From NCBI GenBank assembly GCA_963751455.1, contig CAVVUN010000015.1, forward strand, positions 1,408,001 to 1,472,000: a stretch of 64,000 bases of DNA. Direction: 5' to 3'. Each line of letters starts with the position of its first letter. Within the stretch, counting starts at the first letter, position 1. The notes under the pieces are model-generated. The model worked only from the letters and a program-made list of their open reading frames with translations, had not been told where the DNA came from and made no database searches. Below are positions 29,318 to 39,107 of this stretch, piece after piece. The position numbers were made by a program, and so were the translations under genes. The DNA is from Nitrospirota bacterium (GTDB lineage Bacteria > Nitrospirota > UBA9217).

Positions 29318-29425
29318 GAACAGGCTGCGGATCTTGGAAAGCCTCCTGCCACAGCAAACCCGATGACCTGTTGCCGCTATTTGATAGGACGTCTCTTTCG
29401 TGAATAATGGAAACGACAAGCAGCA
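29318..29425 (+). repeat. degenerate duplicate of the RNB gene upstream region and first codons (30847-30952)
   Basis: GCTATTTGATAGGA.GTCTCTTTC.TGAATAATGGAAACGACAAGCAGCA is present in both copies. Confidence 0.85.
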
Positions 29426-29462
29426 GAGACTTATTGCGGCACTTCTTTCAATGAAAATAACA

Positions 29463-29487
29463 AAGGCCCGGGAATCTCCCGGGCCTT
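29463..29487. terminator. terminator-like hairpin between convergent genes
   Basis: AAGGCCCGGGA-atc-TCCCGGGCCTT. Confidence 0.7.
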
Positions 29488-29536
29488 CTTATTTACTACT
29501 ACGCTTACTTACTTCGTTCCGCCGGCTACCGGCCCC

Positions 29537-30538
29537 TTAAAGGCCGAGAAATGCCTTCGTGGTTCTATATTCGTGGCATGCAACACAGCTCTTTTTGGCC
29601 TGCTCATCAGATATTTTCCAGACATGGGGCTTGTGGCACTCCTTGCACTTCATGCCGCCATCCTGAATATGGGTCTTGTGTTTGCCGATTGTCATGATAT
29701 TTTTATGACACGAGAGGCAGTTGCCCCAGTCAGGCCGTGAGGCTTTGTGCGGCTTGTGGCATTCATAGCAGTTGAACTGCATGGGTCCGTTTTCCGGCCG
29801 GTCTATCTTGATCGCCCGCTGGATCGTTTTCTCGCTGGGCTGGAAATGGGTGACGTCGAGTGTCGCGTCAGCCAGGAGTTCTTTCCGGTATTTTTCAGCG
29901 CCATGGCAATAGAGGCACTTCTTCACCCCCGGCTTGAGGTCCTTTGTCCTGTCCGTATGGCAGTTGAGGCACGCAAGCTTCTCCATCCCTGTTCCGTGGA
30001 CCTCCCGGTCCTTGTGGCACGTCAGGCAATACCGTTCCTCGAGGCTGAACTGATGGGTCCGGTAGCCGTGGCATTTCGTGCATTCGATCTTTTCCATAAA
30101 GACATGCTTTGCGTGGTACCGCGAATTGGCGATGCTCGGCGCGTTCGGCTCTTTTTCGTTCTTATCCCAATGGCAGCCAAAGCATGTCTTCCAGGGCACG
30201 ATCACTTCACCGTGCCGGGGTGAAACCTTGTTGTGCCCGAGCACGGCAAAAGCGAAGACCTGTTTCACCTGGTCGCGCTTGGTGGAATGATGGCACTCAT
30301 GGCAGTTGATTCCATGATGTACGCTGGTAGACCATGCCTTGTTTGCGTCATCATGGACATGACAGGTAGAGCATGCATTGGGATTGTTCTCGAAATAATC
30401 ATTGATCTTATACGCGGTAAAAAGAGACCCGATTAAAAAAAGGACCAGGACTGCGATGATGATGATTCTGGCTTTGCGTGAAATGCCTGTGCTGAACCAC
30501 TCGCTTATTCTTGTTAGAATTGAAAACGGATTAAACAT
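29537..30538 (-). CDS. membrane-anchored 11-heme cytochrome c with NapC/NirT-like N-terminus
   Basis: N-terminal TM helix; 11 CxxCH motifs counted. Confidence 0.9.
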   Translation of the reverse strand: MFNPFSILTRISEWFSTGISRKARIIIIAVLVLFLIGSLFTAYKINDYFENNPNACSTCHVHDDANKAWSTSVHHGINCHECHHSTKRDQVKQVFAFAVLGHNKVSPRHGEVIVPWKTCFGCHWDKNEKEPNAPSIANSRYHAKHVFMEKIECTKCHGYRTHQFSLEERYCLTCHKDREVHGTGMEKLACLNCHTDRTKDLKPGVKKCLYCHGAEKYRKELLADATLDVTHFQPSEKTIQRAIKIDRPENGPMQFNCYECHKPHKASRPDWGNCLSCHKNIMTIGKHKTHIQDGGMKCKECHKPHVWKISDEQAKKSCVACHEYRTTKAFLGL

Positions 30539-30926
30539 GCTTTAAACCTCCCCCTTAAAAGCGCTCTATTTTTTTGTCGCTGCGTGAGGCGTTCGAATTG
30601 AGCTTTTAGTCCGGATCTGGAGATGACCGCGAAAAATTTTTTTGTGCACTAATTAATATACTACTCTGCAACAAAATGCAATAAAAAAGCATCTTGAAAC
30701 ATCCTGGATTACGTCTATAAAGTTTAGAGCGGGCGTGGAAGGGGTTCGACTGGGAGACGATGAAGACCTCTAAGCGTCCGGTCTTTCTCCTTGAAATTAT
30801 CCTCAAAGCCTGCTATCGTCGCGACAATACGGCTCTCGACTGCCGAGAACAGCTGCAGATCTTGACGTCATCCCGCCAGATTAAACCCCGATGATCTTTG
30901 CTGCTATTTGATAGGAGGTCTCTTTC

Positions 30927-32411
30927 ATGAATAATGGAAACGACAAGCAGCACAGGACCATTTTACGGCGGATCGCCCACAGGAGCATGCTTGAACGCGG
31001 ACTGTTGCCGGACTTTTCCCGTCAGGCGCTTGCCGAACTCATAGCGATCCAGGGGATTGCCACGGAGACGGAAGTACAATCGCGCGACCTGCGGCACCTG
31101 CTCTGGTGTTCCATTGACAACGATGACTCTCTCGACCTCGACCAGCTTACCGTGGCCGAAGCTCTGCCTGACAATGCTGCCAAGATTTTTGTCGCGATCG
31201 CCGATGTGGACTCGCTGGTCAAGAAGAACTCGGCCATCGACGGCCACGCGCGCCAGAACACTACGTCGGTCTATACCGAGGCCAGGATCTTTCCGATGCT
31301 GCCCGAGAAGCTATCAAACGACCTGACCTCGCTCAATTTAGCGACAGAGCGGTATGCCATTGTGGTGGAAATGGTCATTGCAGGGGATGGGTCGCTGCAG
31401 CGATCGGACGTCTCCGGTGCATTGGTGAAGAACAGGGCAAAGCTCTGCTACAACAGCGTTGCCGACTGGCTGGACGGGACGGGGCCGATGCCGAAGGAGA
31501 TGGCTGAGGTCGAGGGTCTTGCCGAAAACCTCCGGCTCCAAGACCGGGTCGCGCAGGAGATGAAGAAATTCCGGCACGATCACGGAGCACTGACGCTCGA
31601 AACGATCGAAGCGAAGATGGTGTTCGAAGCGGACCAGCTCAAGGACGTGGAGGCCGACAAAGGAGGCCGTGCCCATGACATCATCGAGAACTTCATGGTC
31701 GGCGCGAACGGTGTCACGTCCCGCTTCCTGGCATCTAAAAAGCTTCCCTCCATCCGGCGCGTGGTGCGCTCGCCCAAGAGGTGGGACCGGATCGTCGAGC
31801 TTGCTGCCGAGAAAGGCTTCACCTTGCCCTCTGTGCCGGATTCAAAGGCGCTCGAACATTTTTTGACCCAACAGCGTGCCGCTGATCCGCTCAGGTTCCC
31901 TGATCTGTCCCTGTCCGTTATCAAGCTGATGGGGCCCGGTGAATATGCGGTCCGACGTCCTGATGCAAAAGCCGACAGCAGCAACGGTCACTTCGGCCTG
32001 GCGGTCAGGGATTACGCCCACTCGACGGCGCCCAACCGCCGCTACCCTGATGTGATCACGCAGCGGCTTTTGAAAGCAGCGCTTTCCGGCCAAGCTCTGC
32101 CATACCAGCATGGCGAGCTCGATTCGCTCGCAAAGCATTGCACGGAAAAAGAGGATGCGGCGAAGAAAGTGGAGCGGCAGGTGCGGAAATCTGCAGCGGC
32201 CATGCTGCTCGAATCAAGGATCGGAGAGCGCTTCGATGCTATTGTGACCGGCGCAGCTGAGAAGGGCACCTGGGTCCGTCTCCTGCATCCGCCGATCGAA
32301 GGCCGGTTGTCGAGCGGTTTTGAAGGGCTTGACGTCGGCCATAAACTGCGGGTGAAGCTTATGAGCACGGATGTGGAGCGTGGGCATATAGACTTCAAGC
32401 GTATAGAGTAA
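30927..32411 (+). CDS. RNB-domain ribonuclease (RNase II/R family, short form)
   Basis: SIDNDDSLDLDQ, HFGL, HSTAPNRRYPD, C-terminal S1-like domain. Confidence 0.92.
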   Translation: MNNGNDKQHRTILRRIAHRSMLERGLLPDFSRQALAELIAIQGIATETEVQSRDLRHLLWCSIDNDDSLDLDQLTVAEALPDNAAKIFVAIADVDSLVKKNSAIDGHARQNTTSVYTEARIFPMLPEKLSNDLTSLNLATERYAIVVEMVIAGDGSLQRSDVSGALVKNRAKLCYNSVADWLDGTGPMPKEMAEVEGLAENLRLQDRVAQEMKKFRHDHGALTLETIEAKMVFEADQLKDVEADKGGRAHDIIENFMVGANGVTSRFLASKKLPSIRRVVRSPKRWDRIVELAAEKGFTLPSVPDSKALEHFLTQQRAADPLRFPDLSLSVIKLMGPGEYAVRRPDAKADSSNGHFGLAVRDYAHSTAPNRRYPDVITQRLLKAALSGQALPYQHGELDSLAKHCTEKEDAAKKVERQVRKSAAAMLLESRIGERFDAIVTGAAEKGTWVRLLHPPIEGRLSSGFEGLDVGHKLRVKLMSTDVERGHIDFKRIE

Positions 32412-32568
32412 TACCAGGACAGGGTAAACTTAATGAACGTTTTGTCCCACGTGTTATTTTAGTTTCGAGCTCTTTTCAGAACGGCGGAGACGTAAAACTT
32501 TACTTTGCAGACTGCTCTCGTCAGCCGGCACTCTTTGGATGACAAGTGCTCCGCCCTGTGATAAAATA

Positions 32569-32587
32569 TTGTACAAAATGTACAAAA
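32569..32587 (+). promoter_or_regulatory. probable TA autoregulatory operator
   Basis: Tandem TGTACA palindromes just upstream of the antitoxin gene. Confidence 0.5.
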
Positions 32588-32611
32588 TAGCCTTTCTCCG
32601 GGAGATCGCTC

Positions 32612-32881
32612 ATGAAGACGGTCATATCCATATCTGAAGCCCGTAAACAATTGCCGGGCATCATAAAAAAGCTGAGAGAGTCGCCCGATACGGTATATCA
32701 GGTGACGGTGCATGATGAAGTCGTTGCGGAAATCAAGACCTCTCCCAGGGTAAAACCGGGAGAAGCCGCTAAGCAGCTTCTTGCATTGCGGAAGCGAACC
32801 GCGAAAAAAGGTAAAGCGAAAAAGTATCCCGTTTCGGAAAATATCAAGGCGCACCTTTACGTTGCCGAGGACAAGTCGTGA
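32612..32881 (+). CDS. Phd/YefM-like antitoxin
   Basis: ISISEARKQL N-terminus; overlaps the PIN gene. Confidence 0.75.
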   Translation: MKTVISISEARKQLPGIIKKLRESPDTVYQVTVHDEVVAEIKTSPRVKPGEAAKQLLALRKRTAKKGKAKKYPVSENIKAHLYVAEDKS

Positions 32882-33300
32882 ACTTTCCCCAGAGCAGGGC
32901 CTTTTGCGATACATCATTTTTTTTTGCTTCGCTCTACACCGGGGACACGAACTATGACAGGGCAGGGGACATCCTCGCGGAGTGTCAGGCACGATCGATT
33001 ACGCTTCATACTACATGGGATATTGTCAGCGAGACCGTCACTCTTCTTCGCTATCGGGCAGGCTACAAGACAGCGGTTCAGTTTTTGGATGTGATAAAAC
33101 CGGCACTGGCGATCGTTCGGTATGATGATTCAGTCCGGTCGGCCGCGGAAAAAATATTTAAAAAGCTTTCAAAGGACAAAAAACTCTCCTACTGCGATGC
33201 GCTTTCTTTCGTGATCATCAACGGACTGCTCGATAATATGCCCTGCCTGACCTTTGACGGAGATTTCAGAAGTCTCGGACTTACGGTCTATCCGGAATAA
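32878..33300 (+). CDS. vapC: PIN-domain toxin
   Basis: FCDTS, SETVT, SYCDALS, TFDGDF. Confidence 0.88.
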   Translation: MNFPQSRAFCDTSFFFASLYTGDTNYDRAGDILAECQARSITLHTTWDIVSETVTLLRYRAGYKTAVQFLDVIKPALAIVRYDDSVRSAAEKIFKKLSKDKKLSYCDALSFVIINGLLDNMPCLTFDGDFRSLGLTVYPE

Positions 33301-33441
33301 ATGGAACCCTTAGGGGTCATCCCTGAAGATCGTGTTCTGGAGCGCTTATCAGGGCCGTGTTGCACTCTGGAGAGTTGATAGAAGCAGTTTTGGCTCGAGT
33401 GTTTTAAATCTTGGTAAGGCAGAGGCCGGATCGACAAGGCA

Positions 33442-34014
33442 ATGACAACAAACATCAAACGCTGCGCCTGGGCAACAGGCGATCCCCTTCTGACTGAGTA
33501 TCATGACAAGGAATGGGGCAGGCCTGTTCACGATGACAGAAAACTCTTCGAGTTTCTTATTCTGGAGGGTGCGCAGGCAGGCCTGTCATGGCTGACGGTT
33601 CTCAGGAAGCGCGAAAATTATCGCTCAGCTTTTGGCGGGTTCGATCCGGTTTCCATTGCCGGGTACAAAGAAGAGGACATTCAGCGCCTGCTTCAGAACG
33701 AAGGCATTATCCGCAATCGGTTAAAGATTGGAGCCTCGATCACGAATGCGAAGACGTTTCTCGCTGTGCAAAAGGAAATCGGGTCATTCGATGCATACAT
33801 CTGGAGCTTTGTCGGTGAGAAGACACTTAACCATCGCCTATCGTCCCGGAACCGGATACCGGCAACCACGAAGGAATCCGACGCCATGAGCAAAGACTTA
33901 AAAAAACGGGGCTTCAAATTCGTGGGTTCGACCATCTGTTACGCCTTTATGCAGGCCGTGGGAATGGTGAACGACCACACCACGGACTGTTTCCTGCATA
34001 AGAAGGCCAGATAA
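33442..34014 (+). CDS. tag: DNA-3-methyladenine glycosylase I
   Basis: RCAW, YHDKEWG, LEGAQAGLSW, IIRNRLKI, NDH..C. Confidence 0.95.
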   Translation: MTTNIKRCAWATGDPLLTEYHDKEWGRPVHDDRKLFEFLILEGAQAGLSWLTVLRKRENYRSAFGGFDPVSIAGYKEEDIQRLLQNEGIIRNRLKIGASITNAKTFLAVQKEIGSFDAYIWSFVGEKTLNHRLSSRNRIPATTKESDAMSKDLKKRGFKFVGSTICYAFMQAVGMVNDHTTDCFLHKKAR

Positions 34015-34094
34015 CGGAAAAATCCAGGGGACGTTGAACCAGCGATTGTTTCTGTGCTTCCACAGGTCTTTAATACATATCCACAGGAGGATGT

Positions 34095-34889
34095 ATGAAT
34101 ATTCAGGACCTCATTGCGTTGGTGCAGAAATATTTAGAGCCCGGGCAGTTAAAGACCTTAATGGTGATCTTGGCAATTGCAGTCCCACTCTATATTTTAA
34201 TAAATCTATCCGGTTTCCTTGATTCCTTTTACAGTTTCCGAAAAAGAAAACAGGCGGTCATCAAGGATTACTTAGATAAAGATATTCCACGGGACGCTCA
34301 CACTGAAAAGGCGATTCTCGATGCCCGTGAAGCGCGGTATTTTAAGTACATTATAGGGATCTATGCCGAAGAGCAGTTCCGACACGCTTTAATACAGCTG
34401 CATGCCAAATTATCGCCGGCAGTGGATTGGAGGAAGATCCGAAAGGCACTGCGTTATTTACGGAACCGGGACGGGCAGATCCAGGTATCCTTGGGCTTGT
34501 CGGCTCTCATCGCTTATACATTATATTTTCCTCTCTATTTTCTTGTCAGTTATATTATTTTGATACTCGTTCACCAGTTCTTTCTGGAGCCTCTTCTGTT
34601 CCTTCAGACCGCGAACAAGATTGCCTATTCTCTGGCATATTCTGTTCTCTTCTGGGTACTGCTGCAGGAAATATGGACCATCAATTCCGCTGTTTATATA
34701 TGGAAGAAGCTGAATAGCGGAAAAACCAGGCTGGACCTGGTGAAGATCATAGTAAAATCCACATTCAACAAGGAGACCAGGCTGGATCCCCGCTATTCGG
34801 TCAATATCCGAGGTTTTCAGAAAAACCGCCTTTATGATGTGGGTCATATTCTAACTTTTGGCCGCTATGGTATTCTTTCTTCGTTTTGA
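34095..34889 (+). CDS. hypothetical membrane protein
   Basis: AGGAGG RBS; three hydrophobic segments. Confidence 0.65.
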   Translation: MNIQDLIALVQKYLEPGQLKTLMVILAIAVPLYILINLSGFLDSFYSFRKRKQAVIKDYLDKDIPRDAHTEKAILDAREARYFKYIIGIYAEEQFRHALIQLHAKLSPAVDWRKIRKALRYLRNRDGQIQVSLGLSALIAYTLYFPLYFLVSYIILILVHQFFLEPLLFLQTANKIAYSLAYSVLFWVLLQEIWTINSAVYIWKKLNSGKTRLDLVKIIVKSTFNKETRLDPRYSVNIRGFQKNRLYDVGHILTFGRYGILSSF

Positions 34890-34920
34890 TAGCGGTTACC
34901 CATTCCATAAGGAGGCGAAT

Positions 34921-36609
34921 ATGCAGAAAAGGGTTGTTGCAACAGTTGCAGCATTGTTGATCGGCATCATGATAAACGGCACCAGCAACGCTGAAGAGGG
35001 CCGGTACAAAAAGGCAGGTGGAGTAAAAGCCGCAGGCGAGAAGAATGCTGATGTGAAGACCTGCTACGAGTGCCATGACCCGGTGAAGCAGCTTCACACC
35101 ATGGGCAAGCACATCAAGGTCAATTGCGTGAATTGTCACAGCGGTCTCGCCAGGCACTTGACGAACCCGGGTCCCGACACCCGCCCGGGCACGGACACGT
35201 CCTGGGAAGCCTGCGGCAAGTGCCACAAGGACCAGTTCGAAAGTTTCATGCAGGTCGCAAAGCACCGTCCTGCCCGTGACGAAAAATCGCAGCTGACGAA
35301 CAGGGCGCCCAACCCCTTCTGGGATAAACTGATGGCGGGTCACGGGTTTACCAAGGAGCATGACCTTACCCGCAGCCATGTAAACATGCTGCCCGACCAC
35401 CTTGTCGTGGACCGGTCTTATGGCGGCAGGTTTCAACCCAGGAACGGCTGGCAGTATGTCAACGAGAAGGGCAAGGCCTGGGACATCTTGATTGATACTC
35501 ATCCCGAGTCCAGGGAGCAGAAGACCTTTCTGACCCAAGGCGCTGCCGCGGCAAACCCGGTTTGCCTCCAGTGCAAGAGCCAGGACCAGATCCTGAAGTG
35601 GTCCTACCTCGGCACTAAGGTCGAAGGCAAGACAACGTGGGACCGCACTTCGAACGTCGTCGAACTTGCGAAGGACCTGAACCACGGGCTCAACTGTTTC
35701 TATTGCCATGACCCTCATGCAGCCAAGCCTCGAGTCGTGCGCGACGGCCTGATCGCGGCGCTTACCCGCCAGGAGGCCGACACGCTCTGGCACAAGGACC
35801 CGAAGCATACAAACTTCAAGGTCATCGACATGGGTTTGCGCGGCTTCGACCGCAAGATAGCGATCCTCGAAAAATACGACACCAGGCTCCAATGCGGTCA
35901 GTGCCACGTAGAGTACAACTGCAACGACGGCTACGACCCCGGGAACCCGGATACCTCCAGGAAGAGTGTGGGCTACAACAGTCCGCTCACGAATCACTTC
36001 CCCTATAAGGACGTCTTCGGGCTCTATGACCATTACGTGAACCAGGTCAACTTCCTCGACTTCAAGCACGCCATCACCGGAGGGCTGCTCTGGAAGGCGC
36101 AGCATCCCGAATCAGAAAGCTTCTACAACTCGAAGCATGCCAAGGCCGGCGCGGGATGCGACTCCTGCCATACGCCGAAGATGAAGAACAAGCAGGGCAA
36201 GGTCTTTACGTCGCACTTTGCAGTGACGCCTCGCGTGCAGGTGAAGGAGACGTGCCTCACCTCCAAGTGCCATCCAAAATGGTCCGAGCAGGATGCGGTC
36301 TACGCCATGGATTCGGTGAAGGCCCACATCCGGGGCAAAATGCGCAAGGCGGAGTTCCGCATTTCAGCGCTGATCGACAAAATCGCGGCGGCAAAGGCGG
36401 CAGGAGTGGATGCCGGGGTGATCAAGAAAGCCCGGGACCAGCACCTGAAGGCGCACATCCTCTGGGAGTATTGGACAGCCGAGAATTCAGACGGGTTCCA
36501 TAACCCCGACATGGCCAAAGAGTCGCTCCTCAAGTCGGCCCAGGCAGCCTTTGACGGTATAAAGATCATCGACGACGCCTTGGTCCCGAAGACCGGATCC
36601 GCACATTAG
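34921..36609 (+). CDS. octaheme cytochrome c nitrite reductase (ammonia-forming, TvNiR/ONR type)
   Basis: Signal peptide; six CxxCH, one Cx4CH and catalytic CLQCK; CHVEY, KAQHPE, AENSDGFH; AGGAGG RBS. Confidence 0.92.
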   Translation: MQKRVVATVAALLIGIMINGTSNAEEGRYKKAGGVKAAGEKNADVKTCYECHDPVKQLHTMGKHIKVNCVNCHSGLARHLTNPGPDTRPGTDTSWEACGKCHKDQFESFMQVAKHRPARDEKSQLTNRAPNPFWDKLMAGHGFTKEHDLTRSHVNMLPDHLVVDRSYGGRFQPRNGWQYVNEKGKAWDILIDTHPESREQKTFLTQGAAAANPVCLQCKSQDQILKWSYLGTKVEGKTTWDRTSNVVELAKDLNHGLNCFYCHDPHAAKPRVVRDGLIAALTRQEADTLWHKDPKHTNFKVIDMGLRGFDRKIAILEKYDTRLQCGQCHVEYNCNDGYDPGNPDTSRKSVGYNSPLTNHFPYKDVFGLYDHYVNQVNFLDFKHAITGGLLWKAQHPESESFYNSKHAKAGAGCDSCHTPKMKNKQGKVFTSHFAVTPRVQVKETCLTSKCHPKWSEQDAVYAMDSVKAHIRGKMRKAEFRISALIDKIAAAKAAGVDAGVIKKARDQHLKAHILWEYWTAENSDGFHNPDMAKESLLKSAQAAFDGIKIIDDALVPKTGSAH

Positions 36610-36844
36610 CCGAACGGCGGGGCCAAAGAGGATGGCATCGGGTCACGCCCTGTCTTTCAAGACTCACTCAGCTAATCAAGGTCAAGGAACCGGGCAATGC
36701 CTTTTTTATTTTTTACCCGGAACCAGGGGGCACCAGTCGAAAATAATTGTGCTATATTTACTTAGTTTTCAGTGCCGCCCTCTCGCGTAAGGCGGACCGT
36801 ATTCGGCAGGCAATAGCCAGGGCATTTTAAGAAAAGGAGGTTGC

Positions 36845-37003
36845 ATGGATAAGTGGAAATGCACGGTTTGCGACTGGACCTATGATCCGGCAGCAGGCGA
36901 CCCTGACGGAGGCATCGCCCCCGGCACGCCCTTTGAAAAGATACCCGATTCCTGGGTGTGTCCTGTATGCGGTGCGGGCAAAGACGAATTTGTAAAAATG
37001 TAG
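36845..37003 (+). CDS. rubredoxin (52 aa, not in the ORF track)
   Basis: [15 protein letters not shown]...[10 protein letters not shown]; AGGAGG RBS. Confidence 0.95.
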   Translation: MDKWKCTVCDWTYDPAAGDPDGGIAPGTPFEKIPDSWVCPVCGAGKDEFVKM

Positions 37004-37049
37004 ATTGGGTTTCAGCGCTTCATAGTTTTTTCAACCACTCGGAGGTGCC

Positions 37050-37751
37050 ATGTCAAAGAAAACAGCTTTCCTGATTTTTATTCTGGGTACCCTTTCCTCT
37101 GGAGTTCTCTTCCTCTATCTTACCTGGGACACTCACCAGCAGGTAAAGATCCTGTCGAATGCGGACAAACTTTCAGAACAAGTGATCCAGGGAAAAAGAG
37201 CATTTGAAAAGTACAACTGCAACGACTGCCACACCATCCTCGGTTTCGGCGCGTATTACGCTCCGGATCTTACCAAGGTGGTCCGGCGCGTAGGGGAAGA
37301 CGGCATCCGCTTCCGGATCAAAGACCCGGGCAAGGCGTTCGCAGCATCATGGCGCAAGATGCCGAACCAGAACGTGAGCGACGCCGAGATTGACAGCCTT
37401 GTTGCTTTTTTCGCCTGGGTAGGGAACATCGACAACGGGGACTGGCCGCCGCAGGACAGCAAGGCGCAGTTCACGCGCGGCGAGCAACGAATGGTCGCCG
37501 GTGCGGGTGTCTCGCCGGGAGCTGCGGTGTTTAAGTCGCGAGGGTGCATGAACTGCCATTCGCTTCACGGCAAGGGCGGCTCGGCCGGACCGCCGCTGGA
37601 TACCGTGGGCAGGAGAATGAACAGGGAACAGCTTGAGCACTATATAAAAGATCCGAAAAGCGTTAATCCCAAGGCGATGATGCCGCCCCAGAAAGACCTG
37701 TCCGAAAAAGAACTGGAAGCAGTGGCCGGGTTCCTGGAAAATCTAAAATAG
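37050..37751 (+). CDS. norC: nitric oxide reductase cytochrome c subunit, diheme
   Basis: TM anchor; CNDCHT..G.GAYYAPDL; second domain with CMNCH. Confidence 0.88.
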   Translation: MSKKTAFLIFILGTLSSGVLFLYLTWDTHQQVKILSNADKLSEQVIQGKRAFEKYNCNDCHTILGFGAYYAPDLTKVVRRVGEDGIRFRIKDPGKAFAASWRKMPNQNVSDAEIDSLVAFFAWVGNIDNGDWPPQDSKAQFTRGEQRMVAGAGVSPGAAVFKSRGCMNCHSLHGKGGSAGPPLDTVGRRMNREQLEHYIKDPKSVNPKAMMPPQKDLSEKELEAVAGFLENLK

Positions 37752-37757
37752 GAGGAC

Positions 37758-39089
37758 ATGATGGAATACCGATCACAAAAAATAGCGTACTGGTATTTTG
37801 CTGTTGCCCTGCTCCTGTTCTCTCTTCAGGTCGTGCTTGGGCTCTGGCTTGCCTTCAGTTACAGCTTTACGGTGCCGCAGCAGATCGTCGACGTCTTTCC
37901 CTTTGCAACGGCGCGGGCCATGCATACGAACCTCCTCGTTCTCTGGATGCTGCTCGGATTCATGGGCGGCACATACTATATTGTGCCTGAGGAAACCAAA
38001 AGCGAGATCTATTCCGAAAAGCTCGCCTGGTTCCAGCTTGCGGCCCTGGTCGCAACGGGAGTGACGGCGCTGGTCGGGTTCTTCTTCGGCTGGACGCAGG
38101 GCCGTCCGCTCCTGGAAATACCGACAAGCCTCGATCTTGTCGTGGTCGTGGGCGCCCTCGTGTTCCTGTTCAACGTGGGGATGACGATGATCCTGGCGAA
38201 ACGCTGGACTGCTATCCAGGGCACGCTCCTGGGCGGACTCGTGTTTCTCGCGCTCCTGTATCTCTTCGGCATACCGTTCTATGACAACGAAGTGATTGAC
38301 TGGTACTACTGGTGGTGGGTCATCCATCTCTGGGTTGAAGGGGCATGGGAACTGGTCACGGCAGCGATCTTCGCTTTCGTCCTGATGAAACTGACCGGTG
38401 TGGACCGTCACGTGGTCGAAAAATGGCTGTACGTCGAAATCGGCCTCTTTCTCTTTACCGGGATCGCGGGCACGGGCCACCACTACTACTGGATCGGGGC
38501 TCCCCAGTACTGGCTCTGGATCGGCGGCGTGTTCTCGGCGCTGGAACCGCTCCCGATCCTGCTTATGCTGATCGATACGATGATGCATGTCAGGGATAGG
38601 AAGGCGAAGATCAAAAATCAACTGACTTGGACCATTGCGATAGGCTGCGCCGTCATGCACTTTATCGGCGCCGGCATATGGGGCTTCATGCATACCCTGC
38701 CGCAGATCAACTACTACACGCACGGGTCGCAGGTAACGGTTTCCCATGGCCATCTCGCCTTCTTCGGGGCCTACGCGCTCCTGAACATCATGGTCTTTTA
38801 TTTTGCCATGCCGAAACTGAAGGGGATCGATGTATACGATCCGAAGCGCGGAACGATCGCCTTCTGGATCATGACCTCATCCATGATGCTCATGGGCATC
38901 TCCCTGGGCGTGGCGGGTGTTGTGCAGTCATACCTCGAACGGGTGCTCGGCATGGGATACATGGTGGCCCAATCGTACATGCGGCTCTGGATGGGCGTGA
39001 CCTTCTTTCTCGGGATCTGTTTTTTCATAGGGGTAGCCATCATGGTTCTGGACCTCTTGACGCTGCGGCCTCTGCGAAAGACTGTCTGA
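37758..39089 (+). CDS. norB: nitric oxide reductase large subunit (cNOR)
   Basis: HLWVEG, GTGHHYYW, SALEP, HGHLAF. Confidence 0.95.
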   Translation: MMEYRSQKIAYWYFAVALLLFSLQVVLGLWLAFSYSFTVPQQIVDVFPFATARAMHTNLLVLWMLLGFMGGTYYIVPEETKSEIYSEKLAWFQLAALVATGVTALVGFFFGWTQGRPLLEIPTSLDLVVVVGALVFLFNVGMTMILAKRWTAIQGTLLGGLVFLALLYLFGIPFYDNEVIDWYYWWWVIHLWVEGAWELVTAAIFAFVLMKLTGVDRHVVEKWLYVEIGLFLFTGIAGTGHHYYWIGAPQYWLWIGGVFSALEPLPILLMLIDTMMHVRDRKAKIKNQLTWTIAIGCAVMHFIGAGIWGFMHTLPQINYYTHGSQVTVSHGHLAFFGAYALLNIMVFYFAMPKLKGIDVYDPKRGTIAFWIMTSSMMLMGISLGVAGVVQSYLERVLGMGYMVAQSYMRLWMGVTFFLGICFFIGVAIMVLDLLTLRPLRKTV

Positions 39090-39107
39090 ACCCCGGAAAA
39101 CCCTCTT

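Noticed and set aside
16200-33330. Integron cassette array
   Set aside because: There is no intI, and I found no convincing attC (RYYYAAC...GTTRRRY with paired arms) after the genes. The junction motif has a different structure.
34801-36105. Long antisense ORFs (this 434-aa one, also 8567-9604, 27067-28098, 37773-38753 and 46888-47817)
   Set aside because: They are shadows of well-supported genes on the opposite strand in GC-rich coding DNA and have no recognisable motifs.
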